Positions 37,764-47,086 of a stretch of 63,714 nt of DNA are shown piece by piece (within the stretch, counting starts at the first letter, position 1; every line of letters starts with the position of its first letter). This DNA is from a virus (taxonomy: Duplodnaviria; Caudoviricetes). The stretch lies in the IMG/VR virus record IMGVR_UViG_3300025096_000015, positions 1 to 63,714 of that record, one strand, 5' to 3'. The notes under the pieces are model-generated. The model saw only the letters and a list, made by a program, of their open reading frames with translations. It made no database searches and was not told the origin of the DNA. The position numbers and the translations under genes are program-made.

Positions 37764-38510
37764 ATGACAGACGTCACAACTGGGTTTGCAGAAACAAATA
37801 AATTGTACCTTGACATTCATCACGTTAACAGTGGGAAGAGTGTTGTGTTTAAAGCCTTTCTGCAAAATTACAGTGAACAATTCAATACAGCCTATGACGA
37901 ACAATATTTTGTTATGAATCAGCAGCCAGTTAGAAAGCTTAAGAGTACGGTGAGATCAATAAACCTTTCCTGGATTATGCCAGCTGCAGATTTTGGCGAA
38001 GCTCATATTAATATGGGAAAAATATCTCTTTTATCTAATATGCTGTATCCGGAACAGGTAAAATCTGGAGGAGGCTTTTATGCAAAAGTGGGTGGCAGTC
38101 CAATATTTAAGTTGAGACTTGTTAATTTTATGGTCGGTGCCTCACATTCGAAGGTACATACTTATTCTGCGGCTACAGAAAGCGGTTTATTGGGATACAT
38201 CGATGGGTTTAATTATAGCTTTATGTTCGATGAAGGATTCTTTCTTAATTCCGGTCAAACACTGCCAAAAAATATTGAAGCCAGTTTTACTTATCACCCC
38301 GTTAATGAAAAGAGCCCAGCTTGGATCAATAAAGAATTCAACTATAAAGGATATCCGTATAAAGAGGGAATACAGGCACATGGGGAAAAGATCTCTGGTC
38401 AAATTCCTGTTAAAGGCCTTGTGGCTGAACAGGCTGGTGCTCCGCACGACCCCAACGATCCCATATCTAAAAACGCTGCAGCTAAATTAACGGAGGGGCA
38501 ACCGCGATGA
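37764..38510 (+). CDS. Baseplate / tail tube initiator-like protein
   Basis: FKAFL..YSE.F, RSINLSW, LSNMLYP, P..KLRL, LPK.IE. Follows the tape measure gene. Confidence 0.6.
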   Translation: MTDVTTGFAETNKLYLDIHHVNSGKSVVFKAFLQNYSEQFNTAYDEQYFVMNQQPVRKLKSTVRSINLSWIMPAADFGEAHINMGKISLLSNMLYPEQVKSGGGFYAKVGGSPIFKLRLVNFMVGASHSKVHTYSAATESGLLGYIDGFNYSFMFDEGFFLNSGQTLPKNIEASFTYHPVNEKSPAWINKEFNYKGYPYKEGIQAHGEKISGQIPVKGLVAEQAGAPHDPNDPISKNAAAKLTEGQPR

Positions 38511-38842
38511 GAAACGATAGCAGGATATCAATGTTAAACAGATCTAGATTATATAAAGATCAATTTTTTGCTAGAAAAGTTCGTAGAATTACTCAGTTTA
38601 CTACACCGATAATTAGATATCCTACGGATGAAGAAATGCATGATTTTACTATTTTATCTCACGTTTGGACTTTGGGAGATAGATTTTATAAGTTATCTAA
38701 TACATATTATGGCAGTGTAGATTATTGGTGGGTTATTCCATGGTTTAACAAGAAGCCTCTGGAATCAGATTTTAATCTTGGTGATACTATCCATGTACCA
38801 CGTCCATTAGAATTAGCATTAACTTACTTTAATATTGGATAA
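38507..38842 (+). CDS. LysM-like baseplate wedge protein (gp53-like)
   Basis: GDRFYKLSNTYYGSVDYWWVI...N...GDTIHVP. Confidence 0.75.
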   Translation: MRNDSRISMLNRSRLYKDQFFARKVRRITQFTTPIIRYPTDEEMHDFTILSHVWTLGDRFYKLSNTYYGSVDYWWVIPWFNKKPLESDFNLGDTIHVPRPLELALTYFNIG

Positions 38843-38850
38843 TTTTTTAG

Positions 38851-41800
38851 ATGTCAGATACTCACATATTACACGAATCTCGGACAAAACTGCCTGATTT
38901 TGCAGAGGCGTGCTTCTTCGCTGAAAATATTGATCATTATGCGAATCTAAAAGGAACAGATATTCCTCAAAAATATGAGTACTTGGCTATAACAGATCCA
39001 AACACAGTTGATTCAACCACCATATTAAATGGCCTTCGCGGTCATGGTGCAGCAGGGCAAAATTTTTTCCAAGATGTACCCAAATCTATAGCTGGCGATT
39101 TTCAACCATGGATTAAGATATATAAGACTATACCTGGCACTTCAAAGAAAGATCATGATAGCGATATAGTTATTCCCTTGAAATTTAACAATCTTAAAAA
39201 TTTGAGTATAATGGATTCTCACAAGCTCGGCGTCGCCTTCCGCTCGTTTAGTTTTGATTTTGAAGGTATCAGGCCAGTTGAGGTTGATTCATATCTCCGT
39301 TGCAGTTTGAAACTTTATTTTGAATCCCCTAGAGCGCTTTTTAAAAATTATACGCACAAAGGTAAAAACGATACTTATACTTACTCATTTGCAGATTTAA
39401 TTAGAAGATCTGTCCGGGCTGGAAATTTGCCAATGGATAAACAACATTTGGTATATGACGGAACATCATTTAGAATCAGGGTAGATGTGGGTTACACTCC
39501 TCCTTCCATTGAGAGATTAACTGAGGCATATAGAGAAGCTGGGTTCGATAACCCAAAGGCAAAAGCTAGAAATTTAAGATCTGCATTGCTCTCCAACAAG
39601 CTACAACTTTATTTAAATCTCTTAAAACATAGCATTAATCCAATCTACGACGCCCCGGACGGTGGATTTGAATTGACGGCGGATTATGTTGGAGCTATTG
39701 AAACATCTTTTAAATCTAAAAAATCTGATATACTATTTACTCCTACAGATCATAATGCTAGAAAAAAAGAAATGGCGCTGAGAGAAATGGAGAGCGAACT
39801 CCGAAATCAACTTCTTGAAGGAATAAACGAAACTGCAAGAAACAAGATTAATGCATTTGCTGACAACAAGAGCAGCTTTAAAAAAGCTGTAACCGATATT
39901 GTAAAACAGTATGCATGGGAGCCTGTCACCTCTCCGAGGACCAAGGAAGCCGGCGCCCCGGGTCGGGTTTCCAGTGGAACGGCGAGAGACCTCACTGGCC
40001 TGAGTCCTGAACTCACGGGGCAATCCGCCACGGAAGTCACGGGGTTCTTCGCAAAACAGGTAACTGTAAATAATAGATTTTTCTATGAGAATTCAGAACC
40101 GGCGACTGAGTTAGAAAAAGCACGAGTTATAAGGTATTTAGAATACCTTGATGAAAAAAATTCTAGAGATGTAGGGCAAACAATTGTAAAAGCCAAAAAA
40201 ATGTCTAGAATGTATAGTCAAATATTAGATAGATTAACAGAAAAAAATCAACTGCACTTCATTCAGATTAAGGAATCGGTTCTTTACACCTGGTTTGGTG
40301 CGAGAAAGGTAAAAGAAGCGGCGAAAGAAGACAAGGATAGATTACAAGAAGTCAATGATGAAATAGCAGAACTTGAAACAGAAACTGGAAATAACTCAGC
40401 GGATAAGTTAGCAGATTTAAAACAAGAAAAAAGACTTCTTGAAGAAAGTGTTGCTGCAGCAGCAAGGGCTCCCAAAACAACCGGAGAACCACCAGCAGTA
40501 GGAACATCAACTGCGGACAGCGAGAGTTACGCAGACTCTGAACAAGCTGTTGACAATGCAGCTAAAACCAAAGCGCTTGAAACGGCGACAGCTGAAGGCG
40601 CAATACAAGAAGAAAAACCTGTCAACGAGAAGATACCTCATACTGAAATGGAACAGCCTGCTAAGGTTGAAGATAGAAATATATATTTCTTTTATTATGG
40701 TGATCTTTTGGATGTAGTTCTAGAAATGTTATATCAACATAAAGACGACATGGACCTAGACTGGTGGAGTATCAAAAATAAAACAGGAAATATAAAATTT
40801 TTATTAGGGGAAGTAGAGTTCAAACATCCTCAAACAGGGGCATTGGTAAAAGAAAATCTAGCTAGAATTCCAATCACTCTTAAAGTTTGGCAGGAGTTTT
40901 GGATTGAGAATGTTATTGATCAATGGAGAACAGAATATCTTTTCGATTCGTTTCTTAATGACACATTATCTCAATTAGTAGTAGAAGCAATAACGGGTAG
41001 ATGTAAAGAAGAAGGAAATATTAATGTTAATGTACTTGGCTATCCTTCGTATATAACAATACCTAATATAAGCAACAAAATATCTTTTTCGAAAAATAGG
41101 GTAGGAAATCCCAAAAAAAACGAGAGGGATGAGGCGTATTATTATTCTTATGGTCAAGCCCCTGAATCTCCTCACAGAGGAGGGGCTTCAAATGATGCAA
41201 AAAAATTAAGGACAGGAGAGCTTGTTTATGTACAAGCTGCATCAAATTCTGGCCTGTGGTTCAAAGATAAAGCAACTGATATAAGACGGGGTGTTTACCA
41301 TATTGAACTTGGAAGAGAAAATTCTACGATTCTAAATTTTACAATGAATAGATCAAATCAACCACATTATCTAGAAGCGAAACTAGAATCTCAAGGAATT
41401 AACGACGTCCATGCTTTTGGCGAGCCGTATAATTACGATATTACCATGTATGGAAACTCACTTCTGCTTCCGGGAAAACATTTAAAGGTTTCTTTTCCAT
41501 ATACGTGGTTCAATAAGAAGGAACAAAACAGTCTAGGCATCGGCGGTTACTGCTTGGTCTTAAAAACGAAGAACGAGGTCAAAGCCACCGAAGCCAGATT
41601 GGATTGGACAACAAATATGCAGTGTATATGGCAATCTTTTGGAGGTGGTTCCCCACCAATCGCGCAATCTGGATTTGGAACCAAGCCGTTTCCTGGAGCT
41701 GCTTATTCCGGTGTCGGCGCCATCTCCGACAAGTTTGATAATCCTGATACAATTACGGTCACGGATCAGCACGGCAATGTCATACACGAGGGAAAAGATC

Positions 41801-42090
41801 CTGTCACTGGACTGACGCCAACGGAGACCCGGGCTAGCCTTGCCGAAGGCGCACGCCTCGAAGCTCAGATGCCTATTCAAGTGAAAGGGATGTCTGATGA
41901 AGACTACGCTATAGCGATTCAAAAATGGAGCGATAAACAGGCAAATATACAAGCTAAAGCGGCTAGTCAGAAAGAAAACCAAAAAGAGCCGCCACCCCCG
42001 GCACCGCCAGCGCCACCATCGGCTCCCGCCCAAGCAGGGCAAACCGGACAAACTACAGAGCAGGTGCAACACATACCGGTAAAGAAGTAA
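38851..42090 (+). CDS. Large baseplate hub-like protein
   Basis: Follows the LysM-like gene. C-terminal ITMYGNSLLLPG...LGIGGY resembles hub (gp27-type) ends. Pro-rich tail. Confidence 0.5.
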   Translation: MSDTHILHESRTKLPDFAEACFFAENIDHYANLKGTDIPQKYEYLAITDPNTVDSTTILNGLRGHGAAGQNFFQDVPKSIAGDFQPWIKIYKTIPGTSKKDHDSDIVIPLKFNNLKNLSIMDSHKLGVAFRSFSFDFEGIRPVEVDSYLRCSLKLYFESPRALFKNYTHKGKNDTYTYSFADLIRRSVRAGNLPMDKQHLVYDGTSFRIRVDVGYTPPSIERLTEAYREAGFDNPKAKARNLRSALLSNKLQLYLNLLKHSINPIYDAPDGGFELTADYVGAIETSFKSKKSDILFTPTDHNARKKEMALREMESELRNQLLEGINETARNKINAFADNKSSFKKAVTDIVKQYAWEPVTSPRTKEAGAPGRVSSGTARDLTGLSPELTGQSATEVTGFFAKQVTVNNRFFYENSEPATELEKARVIRYLEYLDEKNSRDVGQTIVKAKKMSRMYSQILDRLTEKNQLHFIQIKESVLYTWFGARKVKEAAKEDKDRLQEVNDEIAELETETGNNSADKLADLKQEKRLLEESVAAAARAPKTTGEPPAVGTSTADSESYADSEQAVDNAAKTKALETATAEGAIQEEKPVNEKIPHTEMEQPAKVEDRNIYFFYYGDLLDVVLEMLYQHKDDMDLDWWSIKNKTGNIKFLLGEVEFKHPQTGALVKENLARIPITLKVWQEFWIENVIDQWRTEYLFDSFLNDTLSQLVVEAITGRCKEEGNINVNVLGYPSYITIPNISNKISFSKNRVGNPKKNERDEAYYYSYGQAPESPHRGGASNDAKKLRTGELVYVQAASNSGLWFKDKATDIRRGVYHIELGRENSTILNFTMNRSNQPHYLEAKLESQGINDVHAFGEPYNYDITMYGNSLLLPGKHLKVSFPYTWFNKKEQNSLGIGGYCLVLKTKNEVKATEARLDWTTNMQCIWQSFGGGSPPIAQSGFGTKPFPGAAYSGVGAISDKFDNPDTITVTDQHGNVIHEGKDPVTGLTPTETRASLAEGARLEAQMPIQVKGMSDEDYAIAIQKWSDKQANIQAKAASQKENQKEPPPPAPPAPPSAPAQAGQTGQTTEQVQHIPVKK

Positions 42091-42118
42091 CACATCAAAA
42101 AAGGAAAATTTATAAAAA

Positions 42119-43570
42119 ATGGCAACGAAAGATTCTTTCAATAATAGGTTAAGATATGATTTATCTGGATACCCACCTAAGTTTGCCAACCCACTGGACA
42201 TGTGGTATGATAGAGTTCTATATGGTAAAGTTGATCAACAAGGTAATGTGGTTCATCCGAGTCGTGAAGCGATAAGGAACGGAATGAAGGTTGTACAACC
42301 GGTGGGTGCTTTTGCAGAATCAGCTTCAGATGTATTGTTAATAGATTTTGTAGCACACGCTTTTAAAAATTTTCAGGGAGCTTTTGTTAGAGCAGACGCT
42401 ACGGGCAAAACTATACGTTCTGGAGTTGTAAGACAGGCAATACAAAAGCCGGCTGGCGGTTATGTTGATGTCGATGTTTTATACAAGAGATATTCGCAGA
42501 GCATATACTCTACTTTTTCTGATATTTATCTTAAAACTTCTGTGAAGACTAGAATTGTTCAAAATTTTGATGACTATCTAAGATTATTTTTAGTTTTTGC
42601 TAGAGAATATGCTGCAGATCAACCTGTCACCAAAACATTTTTTATCAAACACAATATGTGTACTCCTTTAATTAGTGGCCTAATGGTGCAGCTCACAAAC
42701 AACAACCATGATGATGATTCCACTAGACAACTGTGGTTGAACGATCCAAATTTTGCACTTTTTGCCAATACTGCCAACCAGTATGGTTTCTTGATAAATA
42801 AAAATGCTCCATGGAGGCTAACAGCGAACATAGCATCTCCAAACATGGTGAAGAACTGGGTTATGTCAGTAAGGGAGAAACTAATTGTCTCCCCAGGCGC
42901 CGAGGTTCTAATGACCCAGTTGATTCCTGGCTGCATGGAAAAAGAGGAAACTTTTAAGGAATTTATCAATAGACCAAACAACATAATCATGCGAGATATC
43001 ATATTTCCTGAGACTTCAAGACATTTTTTCGAATCTTATTACACCAAGTCTTGTTTTAGTGATATTAACGAATTGAAAACCAACTTGGTTAATGGCTATA
43101 ATAGTTTTGTTGAAAAAAACCCAAGAGTGAGAATGGTTGATGCTAAAAAATGTCAATATGGACTAAAGGCTGATAAAATAACCCAAAAAATTGTGACCAG
43201 GGAACCGGTTGACATGTCAATCATCGATAAAAAATACGGTATGGATCACTGGCTAGAGGTTTACTTCAATATAAGATCGGTCGAAGAAAAAGTGTTTTTT
43301 AGATCACCAAAATTTATACGCATATTAAAAAGTGCTCAAAGAATTGCAAAAACAGTTGACAATTCCAGCGCAGTGATGTATATTAATAGAGCACTAAGAG
43401 GATTCCCAGAAACAAATTCAATCGTCATGACTAAACCCCGGGGCGAAGTGAATCCGAGAGAGCCAGATCTATCCAGAAGTTATTATGACTCGCCACAGGA
43501 GGCAGAGAAAGCTCATCACCAACGCCGCGAAAGAGAAAGAAAGGAAGCCTACAACGCTTCCGGAGATTAA
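42119..43570 (+). CDS. Hypothetical protein (end of tail module)
   Basis: 483-aa ORF with RBS. No motif recognised. Confidence 0.7.
   Translation: MATKDSFNNRLRYDLSGYPPKFANPLDMWYDRVLYGKVDQQGNVVHPSREAIRNGMKVVQPVGAFAESASDVLLIDFVAHAFKNFQGAFVRADATGKTIRSGVVRQAIQKPAGGYVDVDVLYKRYSQSIYSTFSDIYLKTSVKTRIVQNFDDYLRLFLVFAREYAADQPVTKTFFIKHNMCTPLISGLMVQLTNNNHDDDSTRQLWLNDPNFALFANTANQYGFLINKNAPWRLTANIASPNMVKNWVMSVREKLIVSPGAEVLMTQLIPGCMEKEETFKEFINRPNNIIMRDIIFPETSRHFFESYYTKSCFSDINELKTNLVNGYNSFVEKNPRVRMVDAKKCQYGLKADKITQKIVTREPVDMSIIDKKYGMDHWLEVYFNIRSVEEKVFFRSPKFIRILKSAQRIAKTVDNSSAVMYINRALRGFPETNSIVMTKPRGEVNPREPDLSRSYYDSPQEAEKAHHQRRERERKEAYNASGD
43356..43384 (+). promoter_or_regulatory. Sigma70-type promoter for the polA-tubulin unit (inside the upstream CDS)
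   Basis: TTGACA-17nt-TATATT. Confidence 0.55.
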
Positions 43571-43582
43571 TCAGGTTAATTA

Positions 43583-44782
43583 ATGTTATTTCAGACATTG
43601 GACAGTAAACATGAATGCGTAGGAGTATATTATGACGGAGAACTTTATTTTGATCATGAGCTTCCTGACAGAGTTAGTGAAACATGGTCTTACGCATCTT
43701 TTCTCAGGGATAGAGAAGTTAGATACGGCCATTTGCAATGTGGTGGTAAGACTCTTGACGATGTTTGTCCCGACTCTTTAAAAGAAGACTGGGATAGTAT
43801 TAATAATAAATTAAAAGCATTTCTGAAATCTTTTCACTTTTCAAAAGTGTCCCTTGATGACAATTGTTTTTATGACTTGGTGCCGAAGAAGTTCTTACTT
43901 GAATTCTGTGAAATCAAAAACCGAATTACAAAGCACGTTTTCGAAAATTTTTTGCCGCCCAAAAATTTGAGATTTTTAACTTTATTATCAAGAGTAGTCG
44001 AGGATATAAATCAGCAAAAATTAAATATTGATATTGACGGATTTAAACCGCATCTCGCTGAATATAAAGCGAGACAATGGAGAAAGAAAATTCAAGGTAT
44101 TTCTCCTTATATAAAATATGATATTTTTGGTACCAAAACAGGAAGACTGACAACAAAGAAATATAGTTTTCCAATTCTCACCTTCCCGAAGAAATATCGG
44201 TCCATTCTCAAACCAAATAATGATATATTTGTTGAACTGGATTACAATGGAGCGGAGTTGAGAACTCTGATGGCGTTGTCAGACAAAAACCAGCCGACAA
44301 TGGATATTCATGAATGGAACAGAAGACATTTATCTAACAACAAGGTTATGTCTAGACAAGAAGTTAAAAATTCCATCTTTGCGTGGTTGTATAACTCGAA
44401 AAAACATCCAAATGAGACCGCACTAAGAAAGATGTTTGATAAGGATAAAGTCTTGAGTGAGTATTGGGATGGCGAGACTGTAAAAACCTGTTTCAATAGA
44501 GAGATACCAGCTGATAAGCATCATGCTCTGAACTATATTATCCAGAGCACATGTGCTGATCTTATTTTGCAAAAAATGATTAAAATTTATGATATACTAG
44601 ATGGTAGGAAATCAAATGTTGCTTTTTGCGTACATGATAGTATAGTTATTGATTTGCATTCAGAGGACAAACATTTAATGAAAGATATAATAAGTGAATT
44701 TTCGAATACGAGATTTGGAAAGTTTAAAACCAGTGTAAAGACTGGAAAAGACTTCGGGAACCTCGAGGAGCTTGTGATATAA
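43583..44782 (+). CDS. Minimal family A DNA polymerase-like protein
   Basis: GTKTGRLT, motif A LDYNGAELR, DIH, motif B RQEVKNSIFAWLY, ALNYIIQSTCAD, motif C VHDS. Confidence 0.85.
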   Translation: MLFQTLDSKHECVGVYYDGELYFDHELPDRVSETWSYASFLRDREVRYGHLQCGGKTLDDVCPDSLKEDWDSINNKLKAFLKSFHFSKVSLDDNCFYDLVPKKFLLEFCEIKNRITKHVFENFLPPKNLRFLTLLSRVVEDINQQKLNIDIDGFKPHLAEYKARQWRKKIQGISPYIKYDIFGTKTGRLTTKKYSFPILTFPKKYRSILKPNNDIFVELDYNGAELRTLMALSDKNQPTMDIHEWNRRHLSNNKVMSRQEVKNSIFAWLYNSKKHPNETALRKMFDKDKVLSEYWDGETVKTCFNREIPADKHHALNYIIQSTCADLILQKMIKIYDILDGRKSNVAFCVHDSIVIDLHSEDKHLMKDIISEFSNTRFGKFKTSVKTGKDFGNLEELVI

Positions 44783-45681
44783 TGGATACCGTTATTGGAT
44801 TAGGTCAGGCCGGATGTAATATTGCTGATGAGTTTGCGAAATACGGTCAGTACAAAATTTATAAAATTGACGCCGGCGACAACATCGAACGAGCAGATTG
44901 GTCATGGGCTTCATATGGAATTAGTGGAGAAATCAATGAAAATGAAGAAGGCGGTAAATATGAAATTCCTCGTTTAAATAGTCCGGAAGAATATGAAGAA
45001 AAATGTCCAGATATGAGAGCGACCTTTAGGGAACTCAAGGGAGAGGTACTTTTTGTTGTAGGAGGTTCTGGAGATATTTCTGGTGCCTCCTTAAGAGTTT
45101 TGGAGTACTTGAGCCACTGCGATATAAGCGTTTTATATATAAGGCCGGATCTAGAATTGCTTTCATTGAGTAAAAGTCAACATGAGTGGACTACATTTAA
45201 TATTTTACAAGAGTATGCCAGATCAGGAGTATTCAAGAGAATTTACCTCGTCAGCAATTCAGAAGTTGAAAAGCACTTAGGAGAGATACCAGTTATTGGG
45301 TATTATGATAAGTTGAACGAAATGATCGTTTCAACATTTCACATGGTTAACGTTTATAATCATAATAAAGCTGTAGCTTCTAATTTTTCAGACCCTGATA
45401 ATATCAATAGAATTTCTACGATTGGAATTGCCAACAGTGATGATGGCGAAAAGAAATTATTTTATTCACTTGACAAAGTAGAAGAATTAAGGTATTATTA
45501 TGCTATAAACAAAAAAAAATTAGAAGAAGAGGGAGACTTGTTCAAAAAGATCAGAGAGCAAATTAAAAGCGATATAAAAACCAGTTATGGAATATTCGCA
45601 ACGAGCTATGAACAGAATTATGTTTATACTGTCGCTCACACGTCAGAAATTCAACGACAAAAAAATGAAAAAAACACTTGA
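44782..45681 (+). CDS. Divergent tubulin/FtsZ-like protein
   Basis: VIGLGQAGCNIAD (T1 loop), degenerate signature GGSGDISGA, YIRP, YLVSN. Confidence 0.75.
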   Translation: MDTVIGLGQAGCNIADEFAKYGQYKIYKIDAGDNIERADWSWASYGISGEINENEEGGKYEIPRLNSPEEYEEKCPDMRATFRELKGEVLFVVGGSGDISGASLRVLEYLSHCDISVLYIRPDLELLSLSKSQHEWTTFNILQEYARSGVFKRIYLVSNSEVEKHLGEIPVIGYYDKLNEMIVSTFHMVNVYNHNKAVASNFSDPDNINRISTIGIANSDDGEKKLFYSLDKVEELRYYYAINKKKLEEEGDLFKKIREQIKSDIKTSYGIFATSYEQNYVYTVAHTSEIQRQKNEKNT

Positions 45682-45706
45682 CAAATGAATTTAGTTGTGT
45701 TACTAT
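45678..45706 (+). promoter_or_regulatory. Sigma70-type promoter of the ssb operon
   Basis: TTGACA-17nt-TACTAT with TG extension. A second TTGACA-17nt-TATTAT lies at 45470-45498. Confidence 0.8.
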
Positions 45707-45764
45707 AAAGACAGCAGAATGAGAGATTAGTCATTCTGACTTTAACCCAAAAAGGAGAAATAAT

Positions 45765-46505
45765 ATGGGTATTGATATGGAAAAAATGCGCTCACGCCGC
45801 GCCGACCTCGACAATAGAAATGGCAATAATCGAGAGTCCTTTTGGAAGCCGCAAGATGGAGAAACGACGATTCGAATCGTTCCCACTCCTGATGGCGATC
45901 CTTTCAAGGATTATTGGTTCCACTATAATGTTGGTGTCAACTCAGGGTTCCTGAGTCCAAAGAAGAACTTTGGAGAAGACGATGCGCTTGATGCATTCGT
46001 TCGTAAACTCTATAAGGAGGGCACGGAGGACAGTATTAAGATGGCAAAGTCTCTGTCAGCTAGGCAACGCTTTTTTGCTCCCGTGGTAGTTCGCGGCGAG
46101 GAAGAAAAGGGCGTGCGTATTTGGGGCTTTGGCAAGATGGCTTACGAAAAGCTACTCAATCTTGTCCTTAATCCTGAATATGGCGACATTACAGATTCTG
46201 AAACTGGAACGGATCTTGTAATTCGCTACGGGAAGCCCGCAGGGGCATCCTTTCCTCAAACGGAGATTACTCCACGCCGGCGCCCTTCGCCGTTGTGCGA
46301 GGATGAAGCTCAATGTGCTGAATGGCTGGATACTATTCCGGACCTTAGTAAGCTCTTTGATCGTAAAACTCCGGAAGAAGTTGAAACCATTCTTGACGAA
46401 TATTTGTCGGGGAATGTCGATGATGCCTCTTCTGATAACGTAGAGAAGTATAATACTGAGTCAGGCGACTCGGTGGATAAAGCTTTTAGTGAGCTTCTTT
46501 CATAA
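45765..46505 (+). CDS. Single-stranded DNA-binding protein (gp32-like)
   Basis: FWKP..G...IRIVP, aromatic-rich core, YGDITD...GTD, acidic tail ending AFSELLS. Confidence 0.85.
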   Translation: MGIDMEKMRSRRADLDNRNGNNRESFWKPQDGETTIRIVPTPDGDPFKDYWFHYNVGVNSGFLSPKKNFGEDDALDAFVRKLYKEGTEDSIKMAKSLSARQRFFAPVVVRGEEEKGVRIWGFGKMAYEKLLNLVLNPEYGDITDSETGTDLVIRYGKPAGASFPQTEITPRRRPSPLCEDEAQCAEWLDTIPDLSKLFDRKTPEEVETILDEYLSGNVDDASSDNVEKYNTESGDSVDKAFSELLS

Positions 46506-46574
46506 ATCTCTCTCACCCGCAGGGAGGCACGGGGTTACAGGTGCCTCAAATTTAACAAAAAGGGGTGAATTATA

Positions 46575-47075
46575 ATGAGTAAGAAAAAAAGTAAGAAAAA
46601 AGTAAAGGAAAAGGTAGAAAGCGTAAAGGTACAAAGTGGTCAACTTGTAAATGTGCATTACGTTGGAACGTTTGAGGACGGTACTGAATTTGACAGTTCT
46701 CGTGAACGAGAAGAATCTATTTCTGTTCAAGTTGGTTCTGGTAATCTTATTGCCGGCTTTGATGCGGCTTTACATGGTATGACCATCGGAGAAGTCAAAA
46801 AAGTTACATTGGAGCCTTCAGAGGCTTATGGAGAAGTAGACCCAGAGTTTGTTCAATCAGTCCCTCTTCAATCATTTCCTCCAGATTTTGATTTTAAGGA
46901 AGGAGCGATGGTTCAAGGTCAGAACCCCGATGGAAATTCGGTGACTGCTAGGATTGATTCCGTTAGTGATGATTCTGTTGTACTGAACTTTAATCATCCG
47001 TTGGCAGGGAAGAAGTTGAATTTTGAAATTGAACTTTTGAGTGTCGAAGATCAAGTCGCAGAGCAAGAGGAGTAA
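46575..47075 (+). CDS. FKBP-type peptidyl-prolyl isomerase (SlyD/FkpB-like)
   Basis: VHYVGTFEDGTEFDSS, LIAGFD.AL.GM, EAYG, NHPLAGKKLNFEIEL. Confidence 0.93.
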   Translation: MSKKKSKKKVKEKVESVKVQSGQLVNVHYVGTFEDGTEFDSSREREESISVQVGSGNLIAGFDAALHGMTIGEVKKVTLEPSEAYGEVDPEFVQSVPLQSFPPDFDFKEGAMVQGQNPDGNSVTARIDSVSDDSVVLNFNHPLAGKKLNFEIELLSVEDQVAEQEE

Positions 47076-47086
47076 AAGATTTAATT

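Noticed and set aside
44782-45681. Nucleus-forming (chimallin) phage assignment
   Set aside because: No chimallin or multisubunit RNA polymerase is recognisable here and the virion genes are T4-like. It cannot be excluded outside the window.
46524-46547. Hairpin after ssb as an intrinsic terminator
   Set aside because: It has a 10-nt loop and no U-tract. Kept only as a candidate structured RNA.
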